This document shows positions 19,615 through 29,368 of a stretch of 64,000 nucleotides of DNA, one piece after another. Made by a program: the position numbers and the translations under genes. Position 1 is the first letter of the stretch; each line of letters opens with the position of its first letter. The notes under the pieces were generated by a model, which did no database searches, was not told the DNA's origin, and saw only the letters and a program-made list of their open reading frames with translations. This DNA is from Chloroflexota bacterium (GTDB lineage: Bacteria > Chloroflexota > Limnocylindria > Limnocylindrales > CSP1-4), in the NCBI GenBank assembly GCA_003152165.1, contig PLZO01000034.1:2264-66263 (forward strand), in the 5' to 3' direction.

Positions 19615-20088
19615 TCAGCGAGTTTCGTCCAGTGGCTGCGGCGAGCCGGCGGCGATGTGGCCCACGAGGTCCGAGAGCAACCCAGTGAGTGTTTGCCGCT
19701 CAGTGAGTGTTAACCCGGCGAGGATCTCGTCGTCGACCTGACGGAACGCGCGGTCGACCTGGGCAAGCAGCTGCTCGCCGGGAGCCGCGAGCGCGACGAT
19801 CGCGCGCCTGCGGTCGGAGCGATCACGACGCCGCTCGATCAAGCCTGCGTCCTCGAGACTATTGAGGACCGCCACCAGGTTGGTGGCGTCGACGCACATC
19901 AGCTCCACCAGGGTCTGCTGGGCGGACGGACCGCGCTCGTGGAGATGCACGAGCGCCAGCACTTCATTGAGTCGGAGCCCGGTCGGCGCGACTGCCTCTT
20001 CGATGCGTCGTCGCGCTCCGCGGACGAGTTGGACCATCAGCAGGCTGCACGCTGCCCCGACGTCTGAGCGGGATTCAACGATGGTCAT
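19615..20088 (-). CDS. MarR-family transcriptional regulator
   Basis: 157 aa, ...LRLNEVLALVHLHERGPSAQQTLVELMCVDATNLVAVLNSLEDAGLIERRRDRSDRRRAIVALAAPGEQLL. Confidence 0.85.
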   Translation of the reverse strand: MTIVESRSDVGAACSLLMVQLVRGARRRIEEAVAPTGLRLNEVLALVHLHERGPSAQQTLVELMCVDATNLVAVLNSLEDAGLIERRRDRSDRRRAIVALAAPGEQLLAQVDRAFRQVDDEILAGLTLTERQTLTGLLSDLVGHIAAGSPQPLDETR

Positions 20089-20108
20089 TGGGGCGAGTGT
20101 ACCACATC

Positions 20109-20133
20109 AATCATTTGCACCGCGCAAATGATT
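20109..20133. promoter_or_regulatory. perfect 10-bp inverted repeat (aatcatttgc-N5-gcaaatgatt), candidate MarR operator, followed by TATAAC -10-like box
   Basis: Located in the 62-bp divergent intergenic region between MarR (19615-20088, -) and the LUD-domain gene (20151, +). Confidence 0.5.
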
Positions 20134-20150
20134 TGTGGTATAACACCACT

Positions 20151-20831
20151 ATGTCAACCGCAACGATCACCCGCGCCGACGGAACAAGCGTCAGCATCAC
20201 CCTTGCCGATCCGGGACCGCCCAACCTCGAATTCGAGCAACCCGCCGATCGGGCGCGGCTCGAACGGGTCGCCGCGGCACTCACGGCGAGGGGGTTTCAA
20301 GCGCAGGTCGCCGACAGCGCGGCCGCCGCGCGCGCGCTCGCTCTGGCCGGCATTCCCGAGGGCGCCGAGGTCCACATCGCCCTCTCGGAGACCATGCGCG
20401 AGCTTGGGATCACAGACGAAGTCGATGAGTCCGGCCGCTACGAGTCGGTCCGGACGCGATTGCGCGCTCTCGATCGCCAGACCCAGGGGCGCGAGATGCG
20501 CAAGCTCGGCGCCGCGCCGGACTACATGCTCGGGAGCGCCGCTGCGGTCACCGACGCCGGCGAAATCCTCGTGGCCTCAGGTTCCGGTAGCCAGCTTGGT
20601 GCGTACGCCTACGCCGCCGGGAGGCTCATCCTCGTGGTCGGCCACCAGAAGCTTGTGCGCGACATTGACGAGGGCCTCCGCCGCCTGCGCGAGTACAGCC
20701 TGCCCCGCGAATACGCGCGGATGCAGGGCCTAGGCCATCCGGGCAGCGCGCTCGGCAAGACCCTCATCCTGCACGAGGAACGTTCCGGTCGAACCCGCGT
20801 CATCCTCGTCCCCGAGACGCTCGGCCACTGA
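20151..20831 (+). CDS. LUD-domain (DUF162, LutC/YkgG-like) protein
   Basis: ...AAAVTDAGEILVASGSGSQLGAYAYAAGRLILVVGHQKLV... typical of LUD (lactate-utilisation) domain proteins. ATG 20151. Confidence 0.65.
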   Translation: MSTATITRADGTSVSITLADPGPPNLEFEQPADRARLERVAAALTARGFQAQVADSAAAARALALAGIPEGAEVHIALSETMRELGITDEVDESGRYESVRTRLRALDRQTQGREMRKLGAAPDYMLGSAAAVTDAGEILVASGSGSQLGAYAYAAGRLILVVGHQKLVRDIDEGLRRLREYSLPREYARMQGLGHPGSALGKTLILHEERSGRTRVILVPETLGH

Positions 20832-21007
20832 TCGAGCATCAGGGCTGCCGCCCCCACGAGGACCACCAGGAAGTCCGGACCCGATGGTCAGCTGGCGAAC
20901 GGGCGGCCGGCGGGCGCCGCCGGCTGGAACGGGGTGTCCTCTGCCGACGCCCGCCCGCAAGAGAAAAGTCCGGTGGGAACGCCCTGCCGTCCATTCCGGC
21001 CCACTCC

Positions 21008-21448
21008 CTAGCCCGCCGCCTGCTTCACCAGCGCGGCGATCCGCTCCTCGACCTGAGGCGTCAGCTCGAGCACCGCGAATGCGTTCGGCCACATCGCGCC
21101 GTCATCGAGGCGCGCGTCTGGCTGGAACCCCAACGTCGCGTACCGCACGTTGAACTTCGACGCCGCCTGGAAGAAGCAGATCGTCTTGCCATCCTTCGTA
21201 TAGGCCGGCATCCCGTACCAGGTCTTGCACGCGAGGGCCGGCGCCGCGGCCTTGACGACCTCGTGGATGCGCGCGGCCAAGGAGCGGTCCGGCTCCGGCA
21301 TCTCGGCGATCTTCGCGACGAGGTCCGCCTCGCCCTCGGCATTGTCGGCGCCGCGCTTGGCGGCCCGTTTGGCTTCCGCGACGGCCTCCTTCATCGCGGC
21401 CCGCTCTTCAGCAGTCCAGACATTGGATTTCGCGGTCTTCTGTGCCAT
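21008..21448 (-). CDS. DUF1801 (YdhG-like) domain protein
   Basis: 146 aa, ...ACKTWYGMPAYTKDGKTICFFQAASKFNVRYATLGF... Confidence 0.7.
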   Translation of the reverse strand: MAQKTAKSNVWTAEERAAMKEAVAEAKRAAKRGADNAEGEADLVAKIAEMPEPDRSLAARIHEVVKAAAPALACKTWYGMPAYTKDGKTICFFQAASKFNVRYATLGFQPDARLDDGAMWPNAFAVLELTPQVEERIAALVKQAAG

Positions 21449-21899
21449 GGCCGGTTTTACTCCTTGATCGGGTTCGTGGACGACAAGACGATGCTAGCCA
21501 CCCGCCGCCGTGTCGACTTCTCGAAACCTGATCGAGTGAAGCCCGGCCCGCCGTGGACGGGCCGTGCCACTCACTGGTGGGGGTCAGATGTCATCCGAGT
21601 GCACAGGTCCATACGCACGAAGCCACCTCATCAGCGAGATTGGTTCTAGGTTCACGTCTAATGCGTGCCGCAGGGCTCCCGGCGCGCGTCGAGGGTCGGC
21701 CTCAGCGGGCGCTTGATGAGCTCGGACGCGAGTCAACGGCGGGCTCAGAAGGACGGCGGGCCCCTTGCAGGCTCCGCCACAGCACCGAACCCGTCTGGGT
21801 CGAGGGGGCGGAGCAGCCCTCAGGAGAGCCGCTCGAAGCGCACCATCTCCGCAAGGGGTCGTCGGGCGGCGCCCAGTGCGGATTTCCCGAACTGTGGGC

Positions 21900-22300
21900 T
21901 TCGACCCTGGCGACGAGCTTGGCGATGGTCGACCTAGCTCGAGGTGCGCATCGACGCCGGTGAACGGGACTGCGGATCCTGCGCGTCGAGGATCGGTACA
22001 TCGCGCTTCTCTGCACTGTGCCCGGCATCAGCTGGGTCCTGGCCTCGACCAGCGCCTCCGAGATCGGCGACATCGAGCGGTTCGCCACGCCCAAGAAGCT
22101 GGCCGGGTCCACGGGCCTTTGCCCGATCGTCCGCCAGTCGGGCAACCGCGACGTCCGCGGGCCGCTCGCCAAGAATGGCCCCAAGTACCTCCGCTGGGCA
22201 CGCATCGAGGCAGCTACACCGGCCTGCCGCAATGCTCGGTATTACGAGCGCTGGCGCAATTGGCAACGGCGGCCCGTGGGCACCTGCCGGCTGAGTCAAG
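21900..22300 (+). pseudogene. IS110-family transposase, C-terminal (Transposase_20) fragment
   Basis: ...ALLCTVPGISWVLASTSASEIGDIERFATPKKLAGSTGLCPIVRQSGNRDVRGPLAKNGPKYLRWARIEAATPACRNARYYERW. Upstream helical part is frameshifted and there is no N-terminal catalytic domain. Confidence 0.65.
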
Positions 22301-22389
22301 TTGGAGCGTTCGCGGCGAGCCGTGCGACCTGGATCCTCAGGATTCCCGCTGCTTCATACTGCCCGTCAGTCCCAGCCGTGAGGAGAGCC

Positions 22390-23547
22390 GTGCGAATCTT
22401 CACTGACGCCGAGATGCGGCGGCGTCTCGAGCTCGTCAGCCGCGGCCTGCAGGAGCGTGGGGTGGAGGTCGCCGTCCTCCATACCCCGGACCACGTCTAC
22501 TACACGACGGCAGTTCCTCTCCTGTCGGCTTGGGGCCGACCGATGTGGGCGGTCGTCTGGGCGGACGGGCGTGTCGCGATCATCGGGGCGATGATCGAGA
22601 ACGAGACGATGGAGCGATACGCCTGGGCGGACGAGATTCGTGCCTACGACGATGAGGAGAACGTCTGGAGCGCGAGCCTCCGGATCGTCTCCGATCTCAT
22701 TGAGGGTCATCGTCGCACCCCTAGACGGATCGGTGTGGAGCGTCGCTTCCTCGCCGTTGACACGCGCGACGCCCTCGCGGGGCTCATCGACGCCGAGCAG
22801 GTCGATGTGGCGGACATCCTGTTTCAGGCTCGCCTCATCAAGAGCGACGAGGAGATCGCGCTCCTTCAGCTCGGCGGCGAGATCGGCAAGATCGGGGCAA
22901 ACGCATTCCTCGAGGCCCTCACCCCGGGCACAACGGAGCTCGCGATCGCGGGCCATGCCGTAGCAGAGATGAACCGCGCACTGGGTGCTCTCCACCCCGA
23001 TGCGGCTACCAGCAGTTACGCATATTGCCAGCTCGGCGAGCACACCCTCTCGCCGCATCGCCACCCTTCGAGCCGGCGTTTACGACCCGGGGACATCGTC
23101 GCACTCAACGTCTTCCCGGTCGTCTGGGGCTACTGCATGGAGCTCGAGCGCACGTATGTGTACGGCGACCCGACAGCGGACCAGCGAGCCGCGCTGACCG
23201 CGGCGACCGAGGCATTCGACGTGGCGAAGGGCCTGTACCGCCCGGGCAAATCGATTGCCGAGCTACATGCCGAAGCAACAGCCGTCCTGGAGCTGGCGGG
23301 TTTCGGCGCCTACGTCCGCCACGGCACGGGCCACGCGCACGGGATCATGGTCGGCGCCGCGGGTCGCGAGGAGCTGGGCGAGCTCCGGAGCTACAACCCA
23401 GGGATCGTGCGGCCGGGCATGGTCAATTCAATCGAGCCAGGGATTTACCTTCCGGGGCTCGGCGGGTTCCGGCACTCGGACGTAATGGTCGCGACGGAAG
23501 ACGGCGCGCGGCTCCTTACCGAGTTCCCGGTCGATGTGGCTTTGTAG
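22390..23547 (+). CDS. M24-family hydrolase (creatinase / Xaa-Pro aminopeptidase-like)
   Basis: GTG 22390 after aggag. N-terminal creatinase_N-like region then pita-bread domain ...HGTGHAHGIMVGAAGREELGELRSYNPGIVRPGMVNSIEPGIYLPGLGGFRHSDVMVATEDG. Confidence 0.75.
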   Translation: MRIFTDAEMRRRLELVSRGLQERGVEVAVLHTPDHVYYTTAVPLLSAWGRPMWAVVWADGRVAIIGAMIENETMERYAWADEIRAYDDEENVWSASLRIVSDLIEGHRRTPRRIGVERRFLAVDTRDALAGLIDAEQVDVADILFQARLIKSDEEIALLQLGGEIGKIGANAFLEALTPGTTELAIAGHAVAEMNRALGALHPDAATSSYAYCQLGEHTLSPHRHPSSRRLRPGDIVALNVFPVVWGYCMELERTYVYGDPTADQRAALTAATEAFDVAKGLYRPGKSIAELHAEATAVLELAGFGAYVRHGTGHAHGIMVGAAGREELGELRSYNPGIVRPGMVNSIEPGIYLPGLGGFRHSDVMVATEDGARLLTEFPVDVAL

Positions 23548-23616
23548 GACGGTGTCAGGTGGGATGGACCGGCGTGTGCCCGCGCTTGATCGGATCGTGC
23601 ACCGGCCGGCCACGCA

Positions 23617-24381
23617 CTACGGGGTAAATTCGCGCCGAATGATTGCTTCGATGCGATCAACGAGGTAGCCGAAGATCCGAGCGCCGATCGCTGGCGAGGC
23701 ACCGGTGGCGCCCCGGAGAACGCCCGAGGGCGGCACGAGCCCCGGCGGTTCGGGCAGCACCGTGTAGGTCGCCAAAGGCCAGCTGACGTCCGGTTCGATC
23801 CGGTCCGCGAGCACCCGGGCCGGGTCGAGAAACATCATGAGCGATGTCTCGACAACTCCAGCGTGCTCGGCCTCCCAGCCAGGGAATTGACCAGCGAAGA
23901 TCTCTTGCAGGTCCCCGATGGGGATCTGTTCCCACCAGTTCACGAGCAGAACTTTGACTTGGTTCCTCGGCAGCATCCGGACCGCGAGATCGATGCCTTC
24001 GATGCCGAAGTAGGTGTTCTCGTAATTGCCATTGAGGAAGAGGAAATTCGCCTGACCCTGGCGGGCCAGGTCGGTGATCAGATCCCGCACACAGCTGATG
24101 AAGGTTTGCCCGTCGAAGCTTGTTGTGCCCGGAAATAGCCCGCCGCCACCACTGCTCGGTTGGGACTTGTAGCCGTACTGGAACGAGGGCATCACAACGC
24201 CGTCGACGCGTTCGGCGAGCGCCAGCGCAAGTCGAGTAGGGACGACATTGTCGGTGTCCAGGGGGAGATGATAGCCGTGCTGCTCGACCGCACCCAACGG
24301 AACCAGGAGCGTCGTCTGTCCCAGGCGATCGCGAAACTCGGGCCAGGTCAGGTCGGCGGCAGAATGCAGGTCGCGCGTCAT
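23617..24381 (-). CDS. creatininase (creatinine amidohydrolase) family protein
   Basis: ATG 24381 after ggaggag. ...LLVPLGAVEQHGYHLPLDTDNVV...EHAGVVETSLMM... hallmark of the creatininase fold. Confidence 0.85.
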   Translation of the reverse strand: MTRDLHSAADLTWPEFRDRLGQTTLLVPLGAVEQHGYHLPLDTDNVVPTRLALALAERVDGVVMPSFQYGYKSQPSSGGGGLFPGTTSFDGQTFISCVRDLITDLARQGQANFLFLNGNYENTYFGIEGIDLAVRMLPRNQVKVLLVNWWEQIPIGDLQEIFAGQFPGWEAEHAGVVETSLMMFLDPARVLADRIEPDVSWPLATYTVLPEPPGLVPPSGVLRGATGASPAIGARIFGYLVDRIEAIIRREFTP

Positions 24382-24502
24382 CGAGACTCCTCCGACATCG
24401 CTCGCAGGGCTTGTCGTCTGGCGGCTACCAGCTCGATCCAAACATTGACACGAGCCGGACGAATCGTCAAAGTTGCACAATTCTTGTAGGTCGGAGGAGT
24501 TC

Positions 24503-25429
24503 GTGCCATCGCAAGGAGTGGGCGGTCTCGAGGGCGAGCCCGACCGCCAGCAACCTGCCGCCGGCACTGGGGTTGGATTCCGAGCGGTCGACCTGCCTGC
24601 GGTATTTGAGTTGCTGGCCAGAATCGGCCGAGCAGCAGTGGCGACGTTGGGGGCAGACTGCGAGGTCGTCGTCCACGATCTGCGCCATCCGGAACATTCC
24701 GTCGTGGCGATCAGCGGGAATTTGACCGGGCGCCAAGTGGGAGCTCCGATTCCCGACCCTCAGCTCCTGCCCGGCGAAGTGGACAAGTACACCGACGACG
24801 ATCTGCGCCATACGGCCACGACCCTCGCCGGACGAGAGCTCTTGGCCTCAACGGCCTGGGTTCGTGATACCCGCGGGCATATCGTCGGGGCGATCTGCAT
24901 CAACGTTGATCGTTCGGGCCTGGTGCAGGCACGTGACTTGATTGACGCCCACCTCGGGTCGGACGAACCCAATACCCGGCTTATCACGAGCTTTGCCTCG
25001 GACGTCGCGGAGTTCACCCAGGCGGCGGTTGCGTCTCTGATCGGACGTGGCCCCCGACGACGCCTCAATCGAGTCGAGCGGGTCGGATTGCTGCGGCGTC
25101 TCGATTCTGATGGCATCTTCGCCCTTCGAGGCGCGGCTGATGCCATCGCGACCGAGTTGGGTATCTCACGCTCGAGTATCTACACCGACCTTCGCGCAGC
25201 GCGAAAGCTGGGGACTGACATAGTTCCGGGAGTCGCGAAACTCAACGCCTCAAGGCCCGAAACCGCTCGGCGCGATTCGCGCGAGCCACGGCGGCTACTC
25301 ATGGCACCGGACAAGGAGGTGCGAGCCTCGCGTCACCTGACGCCTCTGAGCGAAGGAGGAAGAGCAAGGGGAACAGCCGGCAAGAATTCACGACGCGCAG
25401 CACGGGCCGCGCGACCGAAGACCGGATGA
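24503..25429 (+). CDS. YheO/DauR-like transcriptional regulator (PAS-like sensor + C-terminal HTH)
   Basis: GTG 24503 after ggaggag. ...LARIGRAAVATLGADCEVVVHDLRHPEHSVVAISGNLTGRQVGAPI... and C-terminal HTH ...AIATELGISRSSIYTDLRAARKLG. Confidence 0.6.
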   Translation: MPSQGVGGLEGEPDRQQPAAGTGVGFRAVDLPAVFELLARIGRAAVATLGADCEVVVHDLRHPEHSVVAISGNLTGRQVGAPIPDPQLLPGEVDKYTDDDLRHTATTLAGRELLASTAWVRDTRGHIVGAICINVDRSGLVQARDLIDAHLGSDEPNTRLITSFASDVAEFTQAAVASLIGRGPRRRLNRVERVGLLRRLDSDGIFALRGAADAIATELGISRSSIYTDLRAARKLGTDIVPGVAKLNASRPETARRDSREPRRLLMAPDKEVRASRHLTPLSEGGRARGTAGKNSRRAARAARPKTG

Positions 25430-25519
25430 ACGTCTGAACTCGGCTTCGCCGCTCGTCCAACGAGACGGCCGCATTTGTCCTACGCCCGACGGCAAAGAAA
25501 TCGGAGGCAGGAGGATCTC

Positions 25520-27091
25520 ATGGCGGAACCACGGGTAGGGAGCACCCCGGGTCTATTCGTCCGACAAAGCTCGGGGCTCGTTCGAGACATTGGCACGCGC
25601 GACACCATCTTCTACGGCCTCAATGCGATCACGATCGCCTACGTCACCTTCACGATGACCTCATGGGCCTTCTATCCGGGCGCCTCCTATGAGTGGTCGA
25701 CCGTTCTGACTACCGTGGGCGCTATCGGGGTCGGCGTGGTCTACGCGCTCCTCGCGGGTGTTTACCCGCGATCCGGCGGCGAGTATGTCTTCCTCTCCCG
25801 GATTGTCCGGCCCGACCTTGGCTTCGTCGTCAGCTTCGTCCAAACATTCTGGTACATCTTCTACTTCGGGGTGAATGGAGCGTTCTTCTCCATCTATGGC
25901 TTGGCGCCGATGTTCAGCACCCTCGGACTGCAAACGGGCAATACCGCGCTGACGAACATCGGCGCGTGGTTTGCCCAGCCGACCGGAATCTTCGTCGCGG
26001 GCACAGCGGTGCTCGTGGTGGTGGCGTTCATGATCTTCCGCGGCATGCGTTCCTACTTCACGTTCCAGCGTTGGGGAACGATCATCGGGTTGGCGAGCGC
26101 GGCCTTGACGATCTTGGTGCTCGCACTGGGCGCGGTCGGCGTCTTCCATTTCCAGGCGAGCTTCGACGCACTGGCCGGATCAGGTTCGTTCCAGAAGGTG
26201 GTCACCGGGGTGACCGTGCCCGGGTACACCTTGCCGGCCACGCTCAACTTCATGGTCTGGCCGGCCTTCTCGATCATCTTCTCGGTCAACATGGTTGCGT
26301 TCAGTGGCGAGATTAAGCACATTGGCCGAGGCCCCCTACTCGGGATCGTCGGCTCGATGCTGCTCGCGGGGCTGATCTTCATCGCCTTCATGTTTTTCGC
26401 GCGCGGCGCGATGAGTGATCAGTTCATGATCGGGGCCGTCACGACGACGAGTTTCCCCCTGCCGATTGCACCGTTCATCAACTCCCTGGCATCGATTCTG
26501 GTCGGGAATCCTCTCCTGACGATCTTGATGAATCTCTGGGTGATCCTGATCATTCCGTACGCCCTGGGCAGCAACATCATCTACGCTTCGCGTGCGCTGC
26601 TGGCTTGGTCGATCGATGGGATCGCACCGACCAAGTTGGGCGAAGTCTCGGAGCGCTACCACTCACCCGTGGTCGCGATTCTCGTGGTGGCGGTCTTGTC
26701 GGAAGTATGGCTGATCATCTACGCGTTCACCACGCTCGTGACCGTCCTCTCGGGCCTCCTGGGATTTTCCATCGCATTCCTCGTGGTCAGCCTGACCGGA
26801 ATCGCCTTTCCGTACGTCAAGCGCGAAGTCTTTGAGCGATCGCCGGCCGCGGTGCGCGTCGGTGGCGTCCCGGTGATCACGATTGCTGCGGTCGTAGGCG
26901 CAGTCTTCTCCGGGTTCCTGTTCTACCGGGCCATCGTCGACCAGACGTTTGGTGCCAGCACGACGTTCTCGATCGAGGTCACGGTGGCTGCCTTTGTGGG
27001 TGGCTTCGTTTGGTTTTACGGTGCCCGGATGTACCGGCGCGGGCGAGGGACGCCGGTGGACAACGTCTTTAAGGAAATCCCGATCGAGTGA
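25520..27091 (+). CDS. APC-family amino acid permease
   Basis: ATG 25520 after aggagg. 523 aa, 12-13 TM segments. Confidence 0.85.
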   Translation: MAEPRVGSTPGLFVRQSSGLVRDIGTRDTIFYGLNAITIAYVTFTMTSWAFYPGASYEWSTVLTTVGAIGVGVVYALLAGVYPRSGGEYVFLSRIVRPDLGFVVSFVQTFWYIFYFGVNGAFFSIYGLAPMFSTLGLQTGNTALTNIGAWFAQPTGIFVAGTAVLVVVAFMIFRGMRSYFTFQRWGTIIGLASAALTILVLALGAVGVFHFQASFDALAGSGSFQKVVTGVTVPGYTLPATLNFMVWPAFSIIFSVNMVAFSGEIKHIGRGPLLGIVGSMLLAGLIFIAFMFFARGAMSDQFMIGAVTTTSFPLPIAPFINSLASILVGNPLLTILMNLWVILIIPYALGSNIIYASRALLAWSIDGIAPTKLGEVSERYHSPVVAILVVAVLSEVWLIIYAFTTLVTVLSGLLGFSIAFLVVSLTGIAFPYVKREVFERSPAAVRVGGVPVITIAAVVGAVFSGFLFYRAIVDQTFGASTTFSIEVTVAAFVGGFVWFYGARMYRRGRGTPVDNVFKEIPIE

Positions 27092-27215
27092 CAGGCGCGG
27101 CTGGATCGCATTCCTAGGTCATCTTTGTTGAATCGCGCGGAGGCGATCCCAGGGAGGGGGCTTCGGGAGCGGCGGGCAGGCGTGGCCGGCTCGCCGCTCC
27201 CCACGCATTCACAAC

Positions 27216-28202
27216 GTGAAACCGTATTTGTTGGGTCGGGGGACCAAGGCTAGCGTGCGCTTGTACTTTTGTTCCGATATCCACGGCTCCGAGGTGTGCT
27301 GGCGCAAGTTCCTCGCTGCGCCGGCGTTCTACGGGGCCGACGTCATCGTCGTCGGCGGCGACATCACGGGCAAATTCATCGTGCCGATCCAGCGGGAGCG
27401 GAATGGGCACGCTCAGGCAGAATTCCTTGGAGTCGTTCGGCGGACGAGGACCGAAGCGGACTTGGCCACGCTCAAGCGCCGGATCGCCGACGCCGGCCAG
27501 TACGCGTACGAGACGACATCTGAGGAATACGCCGTTTTGGCAGCCGATCCCACAGCGATCGACGGGCTCTTTCAGCGCCTCGTGGCAGAGCGCATCTCGG
27601 GCTGGCTGCAGATGGCCGACGATCGGCTACGGGACTCGGGCGTGCGCTGTTTGGTGAGCGGCGGCAATGACGACTTTTTCTCGGTGGACGAGGCGCTTTC
27701 CCGGTCCTCGCTGATCGAGGATCCGAACGGTCGTCGGCTGGACCTGCCCGACGACGTCGAGATGATCGGAATGGGCTACGGCAACTTGACCCCGTGGGCT
27801 TGCCCACGCGACATCCCGGAGGATGAGCTTGCGGCAAGGATCGCTCCGTTGGCCGAAGCGATCAGGAACCCGAGCCGGGCCGTGTTCAACTTTCACGTGC
27901 CACCTTTTGATAGCGGGCTCGATACGGCGCCGAAACTCGACGCGCAGTTGCGCATGACGATGACCGGGTCGGGACCTGAGATGGTGCCCGTGGGGAGCAC
28001 GGCCGTGCGCGACGCGATCATCCGGTATCGGCCGATGCTGGCGCTGCACGGCCACATCCACGAGTCGAAAGGGGTGCGCCAGGTCGGGCCGACAACGGTC
28101 GTCAACCCAGGTAGCGAATACGCGGAGGGCGTGCTCAACGGTGCGGTGATCGAAATCGACCGCAAGGTGGGTGTCCGAAGCGTGCAACTAGTATCTGGCT
28201 GA
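27216..28202 (+). CDS. calcineurin-like metallophosphoesterase
   Basis: ...RLYFCSDIHGSE...VIVVGGDITGKF...LVSGGNDD...ALHGHIHES motifs (DxH, GDxxD, GNH[DE], GHxH). Confidence 0.75.
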   Translation: MKPYLLGRGTKASVRLYFCSDIHGSEVCWRKFLAAPAFYGADVIVVGGDITGKFIVPIQRERNGHAQAEFLGVVRRTRTEADLATLKRRIADAGQYAYETTSEEYAVLAADPTAIDGLFQRLVAERISGWLQMADDRLRDSGVRCLVSGGNDDFFSVDEALSRSSLIEDPNGRRLDLPDDVEMIGMGYGNLTPWACPRDIPEDELAARIAPLAEAIRNPSRAVFNFHVPPFDSGLDTAPKLDAQLRMTMTGSGPEMVPVGSTAVRDAIIRYRPMLALHGHIHESKGVRQVGPTTVVNPGSEYAEGVLNGAVIEIDRKVGVRSVQLVSG

Positions 28203-29368
28203 TGCCCGACTTGCCGATCGGGCAGTTTGTGGCGCGCGACGGGATGATTGACCTCGCGTGGGGTCATCCGAGTCCCGAGCTGCTGCCTGTAGATGGGTTA
28301 CGCCGGGCAGCCGACCGCGTATTGGACCGCTATGGAACGGATGCCCTGACCTACGGCTACGCTGCAGGCCCCGGGCCACTCATCGACTGGGTCTGCGACC
28401 GTCTTGGCGCGATCGATGACCGCGCGCCGGCGCCGGAGTCGGTCCTGATCACCGGCGGCAACTCTCACGCTCTCGATCAAGTGGCGACGCTTCTCACAGA
28501 GCCTGGTGACTGCGTCCTGGTCGAGTCACCGACGTACCATCTGGCGGTTCGGATCCTCCGTGACCATCCCGTCGAGCTCGTCCCGGTGCCGAGCGACGCC
28601 GAGGGCCTCCGGGTGGATGCGCTTCCCGAGACGACGGCGGCAATCCGGCGTCGCGGCGGTCGGGTGCGCCTACTGTACTGCGTGCCGACCTTCAGTAACC
28701 CGACGGGCGTTTCGTTAGCGCCCGAGCGTCGTCGCCAGCTCGTCGAGTTTGCCGCCGCGGAGGAAGTCGTCATCGTCGAGGATGATGCGTACCGCGAACT
28801 CTCCTACGACGGTCCGGCGCTTCCATCGTTGTGGAGCCTTGCGGCACCGGGAACCGTCGTCCGACTCGGATCGTTCAGCAAGTCGCTCGCTCCTGGGCTC
28901 CGCGCCGGCTACCTCACCGCAAATGCCGACATTGTCGATAGGTTCCGCGACGGCGGCTTGCTCGATTCTGGCGGCGGCGTCAGCCATTTCACCTCCCTCA
29001 TGGTGGCCGAATTCGGGCGCACGGGCGAATACGCCACCAATGTCGAGCACCTCCGAGCGGCCTACTGCGAGCGGCGCGACGCCCTGACTACCGCGTTATT
29101 GGCCGAGCTCGGAAGTGAAGTCGAATGGCGATTGCCCGAGGGCGGGTATTTCTTGTGGATCGCGCTCCGGCGTGAGGTCGATGCCCGCGCCCTGCTACCG
29201 CGGGCCGAAGCGGCCGGCACGTCATTCATGCCCGGCCCAACATTCTTCCTCGAGCCCGACGATGCCGACGGGCGTAGGTCGCTGCGGGTCGCGTTCACCC
29301 GGTATCCCCCGGCCGTGCTTGCCGAGGCAGCCCGACGGCTTGCGCGGGCGATCCACGGGTCGCCCTGA
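28202..29368 (+). CDS. PLP-dependent aminotransferase, class I/II (2-aminoadipate/MocR-C-like)
   Basis: ...LTYGYAAGPGPL...LITGGNSHALDQ...FSNPTGVSL...VIVEDDAYREL...RLGSFSKSLAPGLRAGYL. Confidence 0.85.
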   Translation: MPDLPIGQFVARDGMIDLAWGHPSPELLPVDGLRRAADRVLDRYGTDALTYGYAAGPGPLIDWVCDRLGAIDDRAPAPESVLITGGNSHALDQVATLLTEPGDCVLVESPTYHLAVRILRDHPVELVPVPSDAEGLRVDALPETTAAIRRRGGRVRLLYCVPTFSNPTGVSLAPERRRQLVEFAAAEEVVIVEDDAYRELSYDGPALPSLWSLAAPGTVVRLGSFSKSLAPGLRAGYLTANADIVDRFRDGGLLDSGGGVSHFTSLMVAEFGRTGEYATNVEHLRAAYCERRDALTTALLAELGSEVEWRLPEGGYFLWIALRREVDARALLPRAEAAGTSFMPGPTFFLEPDDADGRRSLRVAFTRYPPAVLAEAARRLARAIHGSP

